Program-made: the position numbers and the translations under genes
The notes under the pieces: model-generated
Seen by the model: the letters and a program-made list of their open reading frames with translations, nothing else
Databases searched by the model: none
What the model was told of the DNA's origin: nothing
Source of the DNA: Synechococcus sp. A15-28
GTDB lineage: Bacteria > Cyanobacteriota > Cyanobacteriia > PCC-6307 > Cyanobiaceae
NCBI RefSeq assembly: GCF_014280175.1
Contig: NZ_CP047931.1
Span: forward strand, 900,001 to 932,000
Length of the DNA: 32,000 nt
Direction: 5' to 3'
Shown: positions 1 to 10,413 of the stretch, in pieces
Numbering within the stretch: the stretch's first letter is position 1
Layout of the letters: each line of letters starts with the position of its first letter

Positions 1-114
1 GAACAAGCCGCTGTCCCACTGGGGCAATGGCTGCAGGCCGGCGATGTGGTGCTGCTCAAGGCCAGCCGCGGCGTCGCACTCGAGCGGTTGATCCCCCTGC
101 TGCCTGCGGTTTAG
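1..114 (+). CDS. murF: 3' end of UDP-N-acetylmuramoyl-tripeptide--D-alanyl-D-alanine ligase (MurF), truncated by window edge
   Basis: Frame 1 reads [37 protein letters not shown]. '[15 protein letters not shown]' is typical of the MurF C-terminus. TAG at 112-114. Confidence 0.8.
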   Translation, partial: EQAAVPLGQWLQAGDVVLLKASRGVALERLIPLLPAV

Positions 115-1463
115 GCCGAACGGTCCGCCCAACCCTCCTTGCTCATCTGCCGGGCGCGACCGATGGCCAGGGCACCATCGGGCACATCCTTGGTGATCGT
201 CGAACCAGCACCAACCGTCACCTTGGCCCCCAGGTTCACCGGGGCCACCAGCACCGAATTGGCACCGGTCTTGCTGCCATCGCCGATCACCGTGCGGTGC
301 TTGCGCACCCCGTCGTAATTGGCGGTGATCGTGCCGGCTCCCACATTGACGTTCTGCCCGAGGCTGGCGTCGCCGATGTAGCTGAGGTGGTTCACCTTGG
401 TGCCAGCCCCCAGCTGACTCTTCTTCACCTCCACGAAGTTGCCGATCCGGCAACCATCGCCGACATCCGCGGCGGGGCGCAGGTGCGCAAAAGGGCCGAT
501 GGCGACACCGTTCCCCACCGTTGCCTCCCGAATGACGGACTGCAGCACGGTGACGTTGTTGCCGAGCTCTGCATCCTCCAGCAGGCTGCCGGGTCCAAGG
601 CGGCAGTTGTCGCCGATCCGGCAAACACCGCGCAGATGGGTTTGCGGTTCGATCACCACATCGCGACCGAATCGGCAGTTCTCGCTGAGGGTGCAGCTGC
701 CTGGATCGACGAAGGTGACGCCCTCCGCCATCCAGTGGTCCCGCAGGCGCTGCTGCAACACCGCTTCGCACTGGGCCAGCTGCTTGCGGTTGTTGATGCC
801 GTTCACCTCATCGGGATCGGCGACTTCCACATGCATGGCCAGCGGCAGCATCGCCACGGTGTCCGTCAGGTAGAGCTCCCCCTGATCGTTGTCCGAGCTC
901 AGCTTCGGCAGCACCTCCGCCAGGGCCCGCCAGTTGAAGCAGTAGATGCCCGCGTTGGTGAGATTGTTGCCCCGCTGCTCCTCGGAGCAGTCGCGGTGCT
1001 CAACGATGCCGCTCACCTTGCCCTCGGCATCGGCAAACACCCGTCCATACCCCGTCGGGTCCTCCAGCCGAGCTGTCAGCAGGGTCACATCCGCCCCGCT
1101 GCGTCTGTGACCGCTCACCAGGGAATCAATCGTCTCCGCCCGCAGCAGGGGAACGTCGCCGTTGAGCACCAGAAGTTCACCCTCGAACCCCTCCATCACC
1201 GGCAGCAACTGCTGAACTGCATGGCCGGTGCCGTTCTGGGGCTGCTGCAGCACTAATTCCAGTCCGCCGATGGCTGAGAGCTGCTCCTCCACCCGTTCGG
1301 CCTGATGCCCCACGATCAGCAGGCATCGTTCCGGCTGAAGGTTGGCGGCACTGGCGAGCACCCGTTCCACGAGGGTGGCGCCGGCCAGGGGTTGCAGCAC
1401 CTTGGGCAGAGCGCTCTTCATCCGGGTGCCCTTTCCAGCGGCCAGAACGGCGACGGCAAGCAT
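111..1463 (-). CDS. glmU: Bifunctional N-acetylglucosamine-1-phosphate uridyltransferase / glucosamine-1-phosphate acetyltransferase
   Basis: 450 aa; N-terminal [27 protein letters not shown] nucleotidyltransferase motif and C-terminal left-handed beta-helix hexapeptides ([25 protein letters not shown]). Confidence 0.97.
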   Translation of the reverse strand: MLAVAVLAAGKGTRMKSALPKVLQPLAGATLVERVLASAANLQPERCLLIVGHQAERVEEQLSAIGGLELVLQQPQNGTGHAVQQLLPVMEGFEGELLVLNGDVPLLRAETIDSLVSGHRRSGADVTLLTARLEDPTGYGRVFADAEGKVSGIVEHRDCSEEQRGNNLTNAGIYCFNWRALAEVLPKLSSDNDQGELYLTDTVAMLPLAMHVEVADPDEVNGINNRKQLAQCEAVLQQRLRDHWMAEGVTFVDPGSCTLSENCRFGRDVVIEPQTHLRGVCRIGDNCRLGPGSLLEDAELGNNVTVLQSVIREATVGNGVAIGPFAHLRPAADVGDGCRIGNFVEVKKSQLGAGTKVNHLSYIGDASLGQNVNVGAGTITANYDGVRKHRTVIGDGSKTGANSVLVAPVNLGAKVTVGAGSTITKDVPDGALAIGRARQMSKEGWADRSA

Positions 1464-1620
1464 TAGGAGTGAACAGCAAGGAAAGGAATCTACCTTTCTT
1501 TAGATGATCATGTCAGGATCATGAGTCAAGTTTGAGATGAGTGGAACGGCGTTCGGTTGACGTTTTGAAAACTCGCAATCAGTATTAGCGAGATTCCACG
1601 TTAAGAGTAGATCATTTGCG

Positions 1621-3016
1621 ATGGCAACTTTACGTCTTCCGACTACAGGCTCAGTTGTGACTGGTACGCAGCAGGATGATCTGTTGATTATTCCTTCTGG
1701 TTTTGCTCATTCCTCTAAATTCCTTGCCGAAGCTGGCTCTGACAGTGTCTAATTCTCTGTTGGTATACTTTCTGCAATTGATTTCAATGTTCAATTGCAA
1801 GGTGGTCCAGATAAATTTGTTGTCAGCGGTATTACCTTAAAGAGTTCTATTGTAAATGGTGGTGCTGGTTCAGACGTTATAGAATTTTGGATTCAAATGT
1901 TACCGCTATAACTGTTTATGGTGGATATGGAAGTGATGTAATACATGCAAAGTCTTCGAATCTCTCAAATGTTAGGGCGGGTGCAGGTGCGGATATTATC
2001 TCGACTGAAACAGGAAGTAAGTTGACAGCAGAATCGACTCAGATTCTTATGGGCGCTGGAAAAGATACTTTGACTATTGCTGATTCAAATGGTTCGGCAA
2101 GTGATCTAGACAAGTTGACAATTGCTGGTGGTGGTGGTGATTTGATTTCTCTGAAAATAGCACATCTGTCTCGAATTTGTATATTCATGGGGATGCGTCA
2201 GGTGCTTCGGGTGATGATAAAATTGATTTGATTCTTACTTCATAAAATCTTACCGTTTTGGGTGGAGGCGGTCGGGATACTATTGAGGTATCAGGTTCAG
2301 TTCTGGGCAATTCGAAAATTGCTGGTTTAGCTGGAGCTGACTCAATTGTATTGTCCGCTGTTTTCGAAGCGGATAACGGTTTGAGTGTGCTCGGTGGGGC
2401 TGGTAAAGATTCTATCTCTATCCTTTCAGCCTTCACATCTCATGGTCTTGTTCATGGAGGGAATGGCTCTGATTCAATTTCGTTAATTTTTGATCAGGAT
2501 ATTGTTAATAGTTTGAGCACGGTTGTGGGTGGATTGGGGTCAGATACGGTGCACTTTGATGTTGCGAATATTTCCGCTGCAGCCCAAAACGGCGTGGGTT
2601 TTATTATTTGTATCGACTCGCTTAATGACTCAAATGTAGAGAATCCAGATTTGTATCTTTATAGCAATAGCGAAACTGGGCTGTTGTCCGGTACAAAATT
2701 TGCTGTGAATTTGCCTGATGCTCTTGTGCCTTTCCCTGCAGCCGCAAGTTCTGGTGATCGGCTGAATGTTTCTGCTGGGGTTGCTACCTTTTCGGCTTTG
2801 GACTCTATAGGCGAAAGAGTGTCAATCCTGGATGCACAATTGAGCACTGTTGGTGAATGCGTGGTGTTTAAAGATATTGATTCCAATGCTGGATATTTGT
2901 TTGTTCAAGGGGGTAGCTCTGATTTGTTGCTGAAGTTTGAAAATCAGACTGGCTCGATCGAAAACTTGTCACTTATGAGTGGCAATGAGCAAAGGGTGGA
3001 TTTATTGCTCGGATAG
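1621..3016 (+). pseudogene. Degenerate RTX-like / glycine-aspartate-rich beta-roll repeat surface protein, in pieces
   Basis: ATG at 1621; in-frame TAA 1750-1752; frame change near 1885-1888; frame change near 2154-2157; TAA 2243-2245; then open to TAG 3014-3016. Stitched translation has recurrent GGxGxDxh motifs (GGAGSDVIEF, GGYGSDVIHA, GAGADIIST, GGGGRDTIEV, GLAGADSIVL, GGAGKDSISI, GGNGSDSISL, GGLGSDTVHF). Visibly AT-richer than flanks. Confidence 0.75.
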
Positions 3017-3019
3017 TTT

Positions 3020-3949
3020 TTAGGATTGGATTGATTCTTCGTAGCGATTCTTCCAGCGCCTTTGCCAGGCATTGGTAGGCTCATAGCCGCAATGCTCCTG
3101 TTCAACTCGGCGTCGCTCAAGGATGGCGTCTGCTGTGGCGTTGCCCTGGGGATCTCGAAACGGCACGGCCGCCCGCGTCTGTAGGTGTTGCCACTCCATC
3201 GCCGAGAGGGGGCGCCAACCTGGGCCCTCCAGAGGAGTGCCTGAGTCTGCTGGAGTGGCCATCGTGCCGCTGCTCCAGCCGATCCGTTCCCCCGGGGCCG
3301 GCAGCAGCGAGTACAGCTGGAGTCCGGCTCGCTGAAGGCTGGCCCGCACCGCCGCCGAGCGGCTGTAAGTGAGCAGCCTTCCCCCTGCTGCCAACCGCTG
3401 CGACAGGCCCGCGAGGAAGTCCTCCGTCCATAGCTCCGGGCAGCGTTGGGGGGAAAACGCGTCCTGCAGGATCAGGTCAAATCTCTGTGGTTCAGGGATT
3501 GTTGCCAGGGTCGCTCTGGCATCTCCCCAGAGCTGATGTCCAATGTTCGGTGGGTCATTCCAGCCATCGCTGGTGTGGATCGCCTCCAGCCGCTGAAGCA
3601 CCTCCGCACTCCAGAGGCCGCGGAATGTCGGTTGTTCCAGGGCCAGTTGCAGGGGGCGACGATCCAGCTCCAGTCCCCACCACTCCATGGCTGGGGCTTG
3701 CTCGGGCAGGTCTTCCAGGATGACCGCTGTGTTGTAGCCGAGGCCGACGCAGACATCGAGGATCCTGAGACGATCGGACCTTCGGAAGCGGTCGAGCTCA
3801 GCGGGCCTCGAGAACTTCGCCCGCGCTTCATTCAGGGCACCGGCGGAATTGTGGAAGGCCTCTCCGAACCGTGCGCTTTCCAGACTGAAACTGCCGTCGG
3901 CCGTGGGGTAGGGCCGCAGGCCGTCGGCGTCAGCAGCGGAGCCGGTCAA
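3020..3949 (-). CDS. MnmC-like (DUF752) SAM-dependent methyltransferase
   Basis: 309 aa; [22 protein letters not shown] motif, [40 protein letters not shown] typical of the MnmC methyltransferase domain. TTG start overlaps the end of aroA. Confidence 0.85.
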   Translation of the reverse strand: MTGSAADADGLRPYPTADGSFSLESARFGEAFHNSAGALNEARAKFSRPAELDRFRRSDRLRILDVCVGLGYNTAVILEDLPEQAPAMEWWGLELDRRPLQLALEQPTFRGLWSAEVLQRLEAIHTSDGWNDPPNIGHQLWGDARATLATIPEPQRFDLILQDAFSPQRCPELWTEDFLAGLSQRLAAGGRLLTYSRSAAVRASLQRAGLQLYSLLPAPGERIGWSSGTMATPADSGTPLEGPGWRPLSAMEWQHLQTRAAVPFRDPQGNATADAILERRRVEQEHCGYEPTNAWQRRWKNRYEESIQS

Positions 3950-5255
3950 GGTCGTCCCAGAAGCTGGGGTAGCTCACGGCTGCCGCATCGCTGCGCTGCA
4001 GGGTGGAATCCCCTGCGGCCAGCAGGGAGGCCACCGCCAGGCTCATGGCCACCCGGTGGTCCGTTTCACTGTCAAGAGCAGCGCCTTTCAGTGGCCGTCC
4101 GCCGCGGATGGTCATGCCGTCGTCGTGCTCGTCGATGTCGGCTCCCATGGCCTTGAGCTGGCGCGCCATCACCGCCAGACGATCCGTCTCTTTAACGCGC
4201 AATTCAGAAGCGCCGCTGATCCGGCTTTCCCCATCGCAGAAGCAGGCGGCAACGCTGAGGATCGGAACTTCATCGACGAGACGCGGCATGATCTCTTCGC
4301 CGAAGGCAAAGGGCTTCAGCGGTCCATGGGTGATCCGCAGGTCCCCCACCGGTTCGCCCGCTACATCGCGGCGGTTCAGTACCTCGAGCGACGCCTCCAT
4401 CTGCTCCAGCACTTCGAGAATCCCCGTGCGGGTGGGATTGAGACCGACGTTTTCAACGGTGATATCCGCGCCGGGCACCAAGGCACCGGCCACCAGCCAG
4501 AAGGCAGCGGAACTGATGTCCCCCGGGACGACGACCTGTTGTCCCTGCATGGCGTTGCCAGGGCGAACGGTGATGTGACGACCCATCTCGCCTCCTACCT
4601 CCAGATCGGCACCAAAGGCCCGCAACATCCGCTCGCTGTGGTCGCGGGACTGGGCGGGCTCGATCACGGTGGTGGTTCCGTCGGCGGTCAGGGCCGCCAG
4701 CAGCAGGGCTGATTTCACCTGGGCACTGGCCACCGGTGTTCCGATCACCGTTCCCCGCAGGCTTTGCCCCTGCACCGCCAAGGGGGCGAGATTGCCACCA
4801 TCACGGCCCCGAACATCAGCTCCCATCGAGGCCAGGGGCTGACCGACCCTGCGCATGGGTCGTCTACGAAGCGAGGCATCGCCATCCAGGACGAAGTGAC
4901 GTCCTGCCCGACCCGCCAGTAACCCCAGCATCAACCGCATGGTGGTGCCGGAGTTGCCGCAATCGAGAACTTCAGCCGGTTCCTGCAGTCCATCCAGGCC
5001 GACTCCTTCAACGGTGACGAGACCGCCGGCTTCGATCGGGCTGATGCGGACCCCCATCGCCCTCAGGCAAGCGGCGGTGCTGATGGGATCCTCCGCTGGC
5101 AGCAAGCCATCAATGGTGGTGGTGCCCTCCGCGATGGCACCGAAGAGCAGGGAGCGATGGGAGATTGATTTGTCTCCCGGCACTTTCACGCGACCGGACA
5201 GTGATCCGCCAGCCTTGAGCTCACGGGGAGAATGAGAGTGGCCGGTGGCGCTCAA
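3930..5255 (-). CDS. aroA: 3-phosphoshikimate 1-carboxyvinyltransferase (EPSP synthase)
   Basis: 441 aa; [53 protein letters not shown] motifs. Confidence 0.97.
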   Translation of the reverse strand: MSATGHSHSPRELKAGGSLSGRVKVPGDKSISHRSLLFGAIAEGTTTIDGLLPAEDPISTAACLRAMGVRISPIEAGGLVTVEGVGLDGLQEPAEVLDCGNSGTTMRLMLGLLAGRAGRHFVLDGDASLRRRPMRRVGQPLASMGADVRGRDGGNLAPLAVQGQSLRGTVIGTPVASAQVKSALLLAALTADGTTTVIEPAQSRDHSERMLRAFGADLEVGGEMGRHITVRPGNAMQGQQVVVPGDISSAAFWLVAGALVPGADITVENVGLNPTRTGILEVLEQMEASLEVLNRRDVAGEPVGDLRITHGPLKPFAFGEEIMPRLVDEVPILSVAACFCDGESRISGASELRVKETDRLAVMARQLKAMGADIDEHDDGMTIRGGRPLKGAALDSETDHRVAMSLAVASLLAAGDSTLQRSDAAAVSYPSFWDDLDRLRC

Positions 5256-5279
5256 GACGGATCCGTTGTTGGGCCGATC

Positions 5280-6842
5280 CTATGGGCTGGTCTTCAGGCC
5301 CTGGATCAGGCGATCCAGGGCGTAGCCGAACAGGCTGGGATCGGGCTCGTCATCCCCGAGATCATCCAGTCCCAGTTCGGACCAGCGCGCCGACACCCGT
5401 GCCTCCAGGTCCGCTGGTCGGCTCAGCGGTTCCCCCCATTCGTGGTTCTTCTCAGGACCCACCTTGGTGGTGGCGTCAATGGCCAGTCGGCCGCCGAGTC
5501 CCAGTTGCTCACTGGCGAAATCAAGGCTGTCGAAGGGGGTGTCCGCCAGGGTGAACAGGTCCCTCTGGGGGTCCACCTGCGCCGCGATCGCCCACACCAC
5601 CTGGCGCGGGTCGCGCACATTGATGTGGCTGTCCACCACCACCACGAACTTGGTGTAAGTGAACTGGGGCAGGGCACTCCAGAAGGCCATGGCCGCGCGC
5701 TTGGCCTGGCCCGGATACGCCTTGTCGATGGAGATCACCGCCAGCTTGTAGCTGAGGGCTTCCATCGGCAGGAAGAAGTCCGTGATCTCCGGGATCTGCT
5801 GCCGCAGGATCGGGGTGTAGATCCGGTTCAGAGCGATGGCCAGCATCGCCTCTTCCTTTGGTGGCCTGCCGCTGAAGGTGGTGAGGAACACCGGATCCCG
5901 ACGCTGGGTCATGCAGTGGAAGCGCACCAGCGGAGAGTCCTCCACGCCCCCGTAAAACCCCATGTGATCGCCGAAGGGGCCGTCGGGCAGCACCTCACCC
6001 GGGGTGATCGTTCCCTCCAGCACCACTTCGCTGTGGCTGGGTACTTGCAGGTCGATGGTCTTGCAGGGGGTGAGACGCACGCCCTCGCCGGCGTAAATCC
6101 CGGCAAACAGCCATTCACTCAGTTGAACGGGAATCGGGGTGGCGGCCGCCATCACCAGCAGCGGGTGCACGCCGATGGCCACCGCAACCTCAAGTTTTTT
6201 GCCCATGGCGGCTGCCTTTCGCAGGTGACGGGCACCGCCCCGCACGCTGAGCCAATGCACGGTCATCGTGTTCACCGACTGCCTCTGGAGCCGGTAGACG
6301 CCCACATTCGGAACGCCGGTTTCCGGATCCTTGGTGATCACCAACCCAAGCGTGATGACGCCGCCAGCGTCCCCTGGCCAGGGACGAATCAACGGGATGT
6401 TGTCGAGATTGACGGCATCGCCTTTGAAGATCTGCTGCCGGCAGGGGGGGGTGAGGTCGCGGTCCGGTTTTGCTTTGACCAGATCCCAGAACACCCGGGC
6501 AAATTGCTTGGTTTCGCTGAGTCCCTTGGGAGGGCGGGGTTGCTGCAGGAGGGCCAGCCTGGATCCAAGCTCCTCCAGCTGCTCGGCCCGCTCAAGGCCC
6601 ATGCTCCAGACCACGCGTTCGACGGTGCCCAGGGTGTTCACCGCCACCGGCATGGATGATCCGATGACGTTCTCGAACAACAGGGCGGGTCCGCCCTGGG
6701 ACAGCACGCGGTCGGCGATGGCCGCCAGCTCAAGATCAGGGTCGACGGGAGCCGTGATCCGCTTCAGCTGTCCGCGCTGATCCAGCAGTTCAAGGAATCC
6801 GCGCAGGTCGCGGGTGGCCGGGCCAGATCGGAACAGGGCCAT
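5280..6842 (-). CDS. ubiD: UbiD-family decarboxylase
   Basis: ORF opens at 6908, but the internal ATG at 6842 ([29 protein letters not shown]) is the likely start. Contains [32 protein letters not shown] and EKNHEWGEP-like UbiD signatures. Confidence 0.9.
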   Translation of the reverse strand: MALFRSGPATRDLRGFLELLDQRGQLKRITAPVDPDLELAAIADRVLSQGGPALLFENVIGSSMPVAVNTLGTVERVVWSMGLERAEQLEELGSRLALLQQPRPPKGLSETKQFARVFWDLVKAKPDRDLTPPCRQQIFKGDAVNLDNIPLIRPWPGDAGGVITLGLVITKDPETGVPNVGVYRLQRQSVNTMTVHWLSVRGGARHLRKAAAMGKKLEVAVAIGVHPLLVMAAATPIPVQLSEWLFAGIYAGEGVRLTPCKTIDLQVPSHSEVVLEGTITPGEVLPDGPFGDHMGFYGGVEDSPLVRFHCMTQRRDPVFLTTFSGRPPKEEAMLAIALNRIYTPILRQQIPEITDFFLPMEALSYKLAVISIDKAYPGQAKRAAMAFWSALPQFTYTKFVVVVDSHINVRDPRQVVWAIAAQVDPQRDLFTLADTPFDSLDFASEQLGLGGRLAIDATTKVGPEKNHEWGEPLSRPADLEARVSARWSELGLDDLGDDEPDPSLFGYALDRLIQGLKTSP

Positions 6843-6906
6843 GGAGGCGACGAGGGGATCACAGGCGATCTCGGTACTGTGTCGCACGCCGATGATGAGC
6901 GTGGCC

Positions 6907-7635
6907 ATGCAGATTTCCTATTTCCACGTTCCGGCGCAGATGCCGGCCGATGCCAGCCCCGATGCGGCGGTGGTGATCGATGTGCTGCGCGCCACCACCA
7001 CCATCGCCTGGGCGCTGCATCACGGAGCGGAAGCGGTGCAGGCCTTCGCCGACCTCGACGATCTGCGGGCAGCCGCTGAGGCCTGGCCGGCCGACCGCCG
7101 CCTTCTGCTGGGCGAACGAGGGGGCCAGACCCTGGCGGGCTTCGACCTCGGCAACTCCCCTGTGGCCGTCGTCCCCGCCACCGTTGCCGGCAAACGCCTG
7201 TTCATGAGCACCACCAACGGCACCCGCGCCCTGGATCGGGTCCGTCAAGTGCCGTTGCTGCTCACCGCTTCTCTGCCGAACCGAGACGCGGTCGCCCAGC
7301 GACTTCTGAAGGAGTCACCCAAAACCGTGGCGATTGTGGGCAGCGGTTGGGAAGGCACCTATTCCCTCGAAGATTCCCTGGCCGCCGGAGCTCTGACGGC
7401 ACGGCTGCAGGAACTGGATGAAGCGGTGACGGTCGCCAACGACGAGGCCACAGCAGCGGTGGCCCTCTGGCAGCAGTGGCGTCACGATCCGGAAGCCTGT
7501 CTGCGCACGGCCAGTCATGGGCAGCGGTTGATCCGGCTCGGCGACCATGAAGACGACTTCCGCTGCTGTGCCGGTCTGGATCAGTTGGATGTCGTTCCCA
7601 CGCAACAGTCGCCAGGAGTGCTGCAGGCGATCTGA
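6907..7635 (+). CDS. comB: 2-phosphosulfolactate phosphatase family protein (ComB-like)
   Basis: Likely start [11 protein letters not shown] at 6907. [46 protein letters not shown] match ComB family motifs. Confidence 0.9.
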   Translation: MQISYFHVPAQMPADASPDAAVVIDVLRATTTIAWALHHGAEAVQAFADLDDLRAAAEAWPADRRLLLGERGGQTLAGFDLGNSPVAVVPATVAGKRLFMSTTNGTRALDRVRQVPLLLTASLPNRDAVAQRLLKESPKTVAIVGSGWEGTYSLEDSLAAGALTARLQELDEAVTVANDEATAAVALWQQWRHDPEACLRTASHGQRLIRLGDHEDDFRCCAGLDQLDVVPTQQSPGVLQAI

Positions 7636-7669
7636 ACGCCCCTAAAGTCCGACTCAATCTCCAGATCCC

Positions 7670-8491
7670 GTGAACGACTTCCTGGCGGCTGCCGTGCAGC
7701 TCACGAGCAGCCAGGACCCGGATCGCAATTTCAATGCCGCCGAGGAGCAGATCGATCTGGCGGCTCGTCGTGGTGCGGATCTGGTGGGACTACCCGAGAA
7801 CTTCGCGTTCATGGGCGAGGACAGCCGCCGACTTGAGCTGGCGTCCGACCTCGCTGAGCGTTGCAGCCGCTTTCTGGTAACGATGGCGCGGCGCTACCAG
7901 GTGGTGCTGCTGGGCGGAGGCTTCCCGGCACCGGTGGGCGATGGCTCCAGAACCCTGAACAGGGCGGAACTGGTGGACCGGGATGGTCAGCTGCTCGCCC
8001 GCTACGACAAGATCCATCTGTTTGATGTTGATCTGCCCGACGGGAACACCTACTGCGAGTCGGCAACGGTGAATGCGGGCCAGACGTTGCCCCCTGTGGT
8101 CGACGTTCCCGGTCTTTGCAAGGTGGGGCTGTCCATTTGCTACGACGTTCGTTTTCCTGAGCTCTACAGACATCTCATCGGTGCCGGCGCCGATCTGCTG
8201 ATGATTCCAGCTGCCTTCACCGCCTTCACCGGCAAGGACCACTGGCAAGTGCTGCTTCAGGCCAGGGCCATCGAGAACACCGCCTATGTGCTGGCTCCCG
8301 CGCAGACCGGATTGCACTACGGGCGTCGTCAAACCCATGGTCACGCCATGGTGATTGATCCCTGGGGCACGGTGCTGGCCGATGCGGGCGTGTTGCCCGG
8401 AGCCGCAATTGCCCCCGTCAACACGGCGCATCAGGGCCACGTCCGGGACCAGATGCCCAGCCTGCGTCACCGCAGGCCGGCACTGTTCTGA
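7670..8491 (+). CDS. Carbon-nitrogen hydrolase (nitrilase superfamily, Nit1/2-like)
   Basis: 273 aa; catalytic triad contexts LPENFAF (E), YDKIHLFDVDLPDG (K), LSICYDVRFPELYR (C). Confidence 0.93.
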   Translation: MNDFLAAAVQLTSSQDPDRNFNAAEEQIDLAARRGADLVGLPENFAFMGEDSRRLELASDLAERCSRFLVTMARRYQVVLLGGGFPAPVGDGSRTLNRAELVDRDGQLLARYDKIHLFDVDLPDGNTYCESATVNAGQTLPPVVDVPGLCKVGLSICYDVRFPELYRHLIGAGADLLMIPAAFTAFTGKDHWQVLLQARAIENTAYVLAPAQTGLHYGRRQTHGHAMVIDPWGTVLADAGVLPGAAIAPVNTAHQGHVRDQMPSLRHRRPALF

Positions 8492-8496
8492 CGTCG

Positions 8497-9588
8497 ATGC
8501 CTGCGGCAACACCCCGCCGATGGCGCTGTCTTGCGGCAGTGGCCTTGCAGCTCTGTCTGCTGCTGCCGTCGTTGCCGGCTCAGGCGGCCAGTGCCCTGGC
8601 GGCATGGGCGCTCACTGAAAATGGCACCCTGCAGTTGCGGACCAGCCGCAATGCCAGGTTGCAGGCTTTTTTTCAGGATGCCAGCGACGGCCGTGGCACC
8701 CGTGTCTGGATCGACTTCCCCGGTGAGCTGCGCTTCCCCCGTCGACTGACGGGTCGCGGCGCGGTCAAGGAGATCCGCCTGGGGAAGCCCAGGCCTGGGG
8801 CCACGCGGTTGGTGGTGGAGTTCCGGCCCGGTGTCGAACTCGATCCCAATCAGCTGAAGCTGAGGGGGACAGCCCCCGATCGCTGGGAGCTGACCTTCAC
8901 CGGCTTGCCGACCCGGGGGCTGGATGATCTGGGTGAAGGGGACCTCACCGGCCGAGCCACGGCCTGGCGACCCCCCGGCCGCTTTGCACCAAGTCGCACG
9001 CCGGTGGATCCATCCGGGCTGCCCACCGTGGCTCGCGACCGCTACAAAGTCGTCATCGACCCTGGCCACGGAGGACCGGATCCTGGCGCTGTCGGCATCG
9101 GCGGTCTGCGGGAGACCGATGTCGTGCTGGATGTGTCTCTGCAGGTGGCGGCTCTGCTGCGGGCCCGCGGCGTTGATGTGTTGCTGACGCGTATGGGTGA
9201 CGTGGATGTCGATCTACCGCCGCGGGTCTCCCTGGCAAATCGATCGTCCGCCTCCGCTTTCATCAGCATCCATGCCAATGCCCTCAGCATGCGGCGCCAG
9301 GACGTGAACGGCATTGAGACCTTTTTCTTCTCCGACCCCCGATCCGGCCGCTTGGCCGGCTACCTGCAGCAGCAGATGATGGATGTCTCTCCTGGAACCC
9401 CGAACCGAGGGGTCCGCCGGGGCCGCTTTTTCGTGATCCGTAGGACGGTGATGCCGGCTGCGTTGGTGGAGATGGGTTTTGTGACCGGGGCGATCGATGG
9501 TCCCCGCCTCGCCAGAGCCGACCATCGGCGGCGCCTGGCCCTGGCTCTGGCGACGGGGATCCTCAACTACCTGCGCCAGGATGTGTGA
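8497..9588 (+). CDS. N-acetylmuramoyl-L-alanine amidase with N-terminal AMIN-like domain, secreted
   Basis: 363 aa; signal peptide, VVIDPGHGGPDPGAVG, SLANRSSASAFISIHANA, ALVEMGFVTG amidase_3 motifs. Confidence 0.92.
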   Translation: MPAATPRRWRCLAAVALQLCLLLPSLPAQAASALAAWALTENGTLQLRTSRNARLQAFFQDASDGRGTRVWIDFPGELRFPRRLTGRGAVKEIRLGKPRPGATRLVVEFRPGVELDPNQLKLRGTAPDRWELTFTGLPTRGLDDLGEGDLTGRATAWRPPGRFAPSRTPVDPSGLPTVARDRYKVVIDPGHGGPDPGAVGIGGLRETDVVLDVSLQVAALLRARGVDVLLTRMGDVDVDLPPRVSLANRSSASAFISIHANALSMRRQDVNGIETFFFSDPRSGRLAGYLQQQMMDVSPGTPNRGVRRGRFFVIRRTVMPAALVEMGFVTGAIDGPRLARADHRRRLALALATGILNYLRQDV

Positions 9589-10376
9589 TGAGTACGCGTC
9601 TTGGTTTCTTCGACAGCGGTGTGGGGGGGTTGACCGTGCTGCGCCGGGTGCTGGAACGCCATGGCTCCGTCTCCTGTGTGTATCTGGGGGATACGGCCCG
9701 GGTCCCCTACGGCAACCGCCCGCCGGCGGAGATTCGCCGCATCGCCGCTGAAGTGGTCGGCTGGTTGCGCGATCAGCAGGTGTCGACGGTCGTCATGGCC
9801 TGCAACACCACCAATGCCTTGGCACGGGATGTGGCCGAGGGACAGGCCGGTGGCCCGGTGATCGGGTTGATCGGTGCGGCGGCGGCCATGGTGGAAACCC
9901 GACGGGTGGGGGTGCTGGCGACACCCGCCACGGTGGCCTCAGAGGCCTATAGCGCCAGCATCGAAGCCCTTCATCCTGGAGCTCTTGTTGTGGAGCAGGC
10001 CTGTCCGGCCTTCGTTCCCTTGATCGAAGCCGGGGACTGCAGCAGTGATGAGTTGAGACAGGTGGCCAGGTCCTATCTCGATCCGTTGCTGGCGGCGTCG
10101 GTGGAGACGATTGTTCTCGGCTGCACCCATTACCCGTTGCTGATTCCACTGTTGAAGCAGTTGCTGCCCGATGCCATCCAGCTGATTGACCCCGCGCTCG
10201 GGGTGGCCCGCCAGTTGGATGCGGTTCTGGGGGTTCCCGATGCCTCCACCGGCGACACCCTTGAGCTTGGGCAATGCCGCTTTTGCGTCACGGCGGATCC
10301 TGATGGTTTTGCCAACCGCGCCACCCCCTGGCTTGGGGCCCGCCCTGAGGTTCATCTGCAACGGCTGCAGAGCTGA
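9585..10376 (+). CDS. murI: Glutamate racemase
   Basis: 263 aa; LGFFDSGVGGLTVLRRVLE, YLGDTARVPYGNR, VVMACNTTNA, LGCTHYPLL motifs. Start overlaps the amidase stop. Confidence 0.97.
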   Translation: MMSTRLGFFDSGVGGLTVLRRVLERHGSVSCVYLGDTARVPYGNRPPAEIRRIAAEVVGWLRDQQVSTVVMACNTTNALARDVAEGQAGGPVIGLIGAAAAMVETRRVGVLATPATVASEAYSASIEALHPGALVVEQACPAFVPLIEAGDCSSDELRQVARSYLDPLLAASVETIVLGCTHYPLLIPLLKQLLPDAIQLIDPALGVARQLDAVLGVPDASTGDTLELGQCRFCVTADPDGFANRATPWLGARPEVHLQRLQS

Positions 10377-10413
10377 GGCCATCACCATTAGGATCGCGGC
10401 GCCGAGAGGGTTC

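Noticed and set aside
27-1256. 409-aa plus-strand ORF opposite glmU
   Set aside because: Mirror ORF of a certain gene in GC-rich DNA; low-complexity, no domain-like sequence.
1506-1523. Direct repeat GATCATG-tcag-GATCATG upstream of the RTX-like pseudogene
   Set aside because: Only 7 bp and AT-rich; not enough to claim a transposon footprint or regulatory site.
2185-2436. 83-aa minus-strand ORF over the RTX-like region
   Set aside because: Overlaps the repeat-coding plus strand; no recognisable sequence.
5232-6659. 475-aa plus-strand ORF opposite ubiD
   Set aside because: Antisense shadow of a clear UbiD-family gene.
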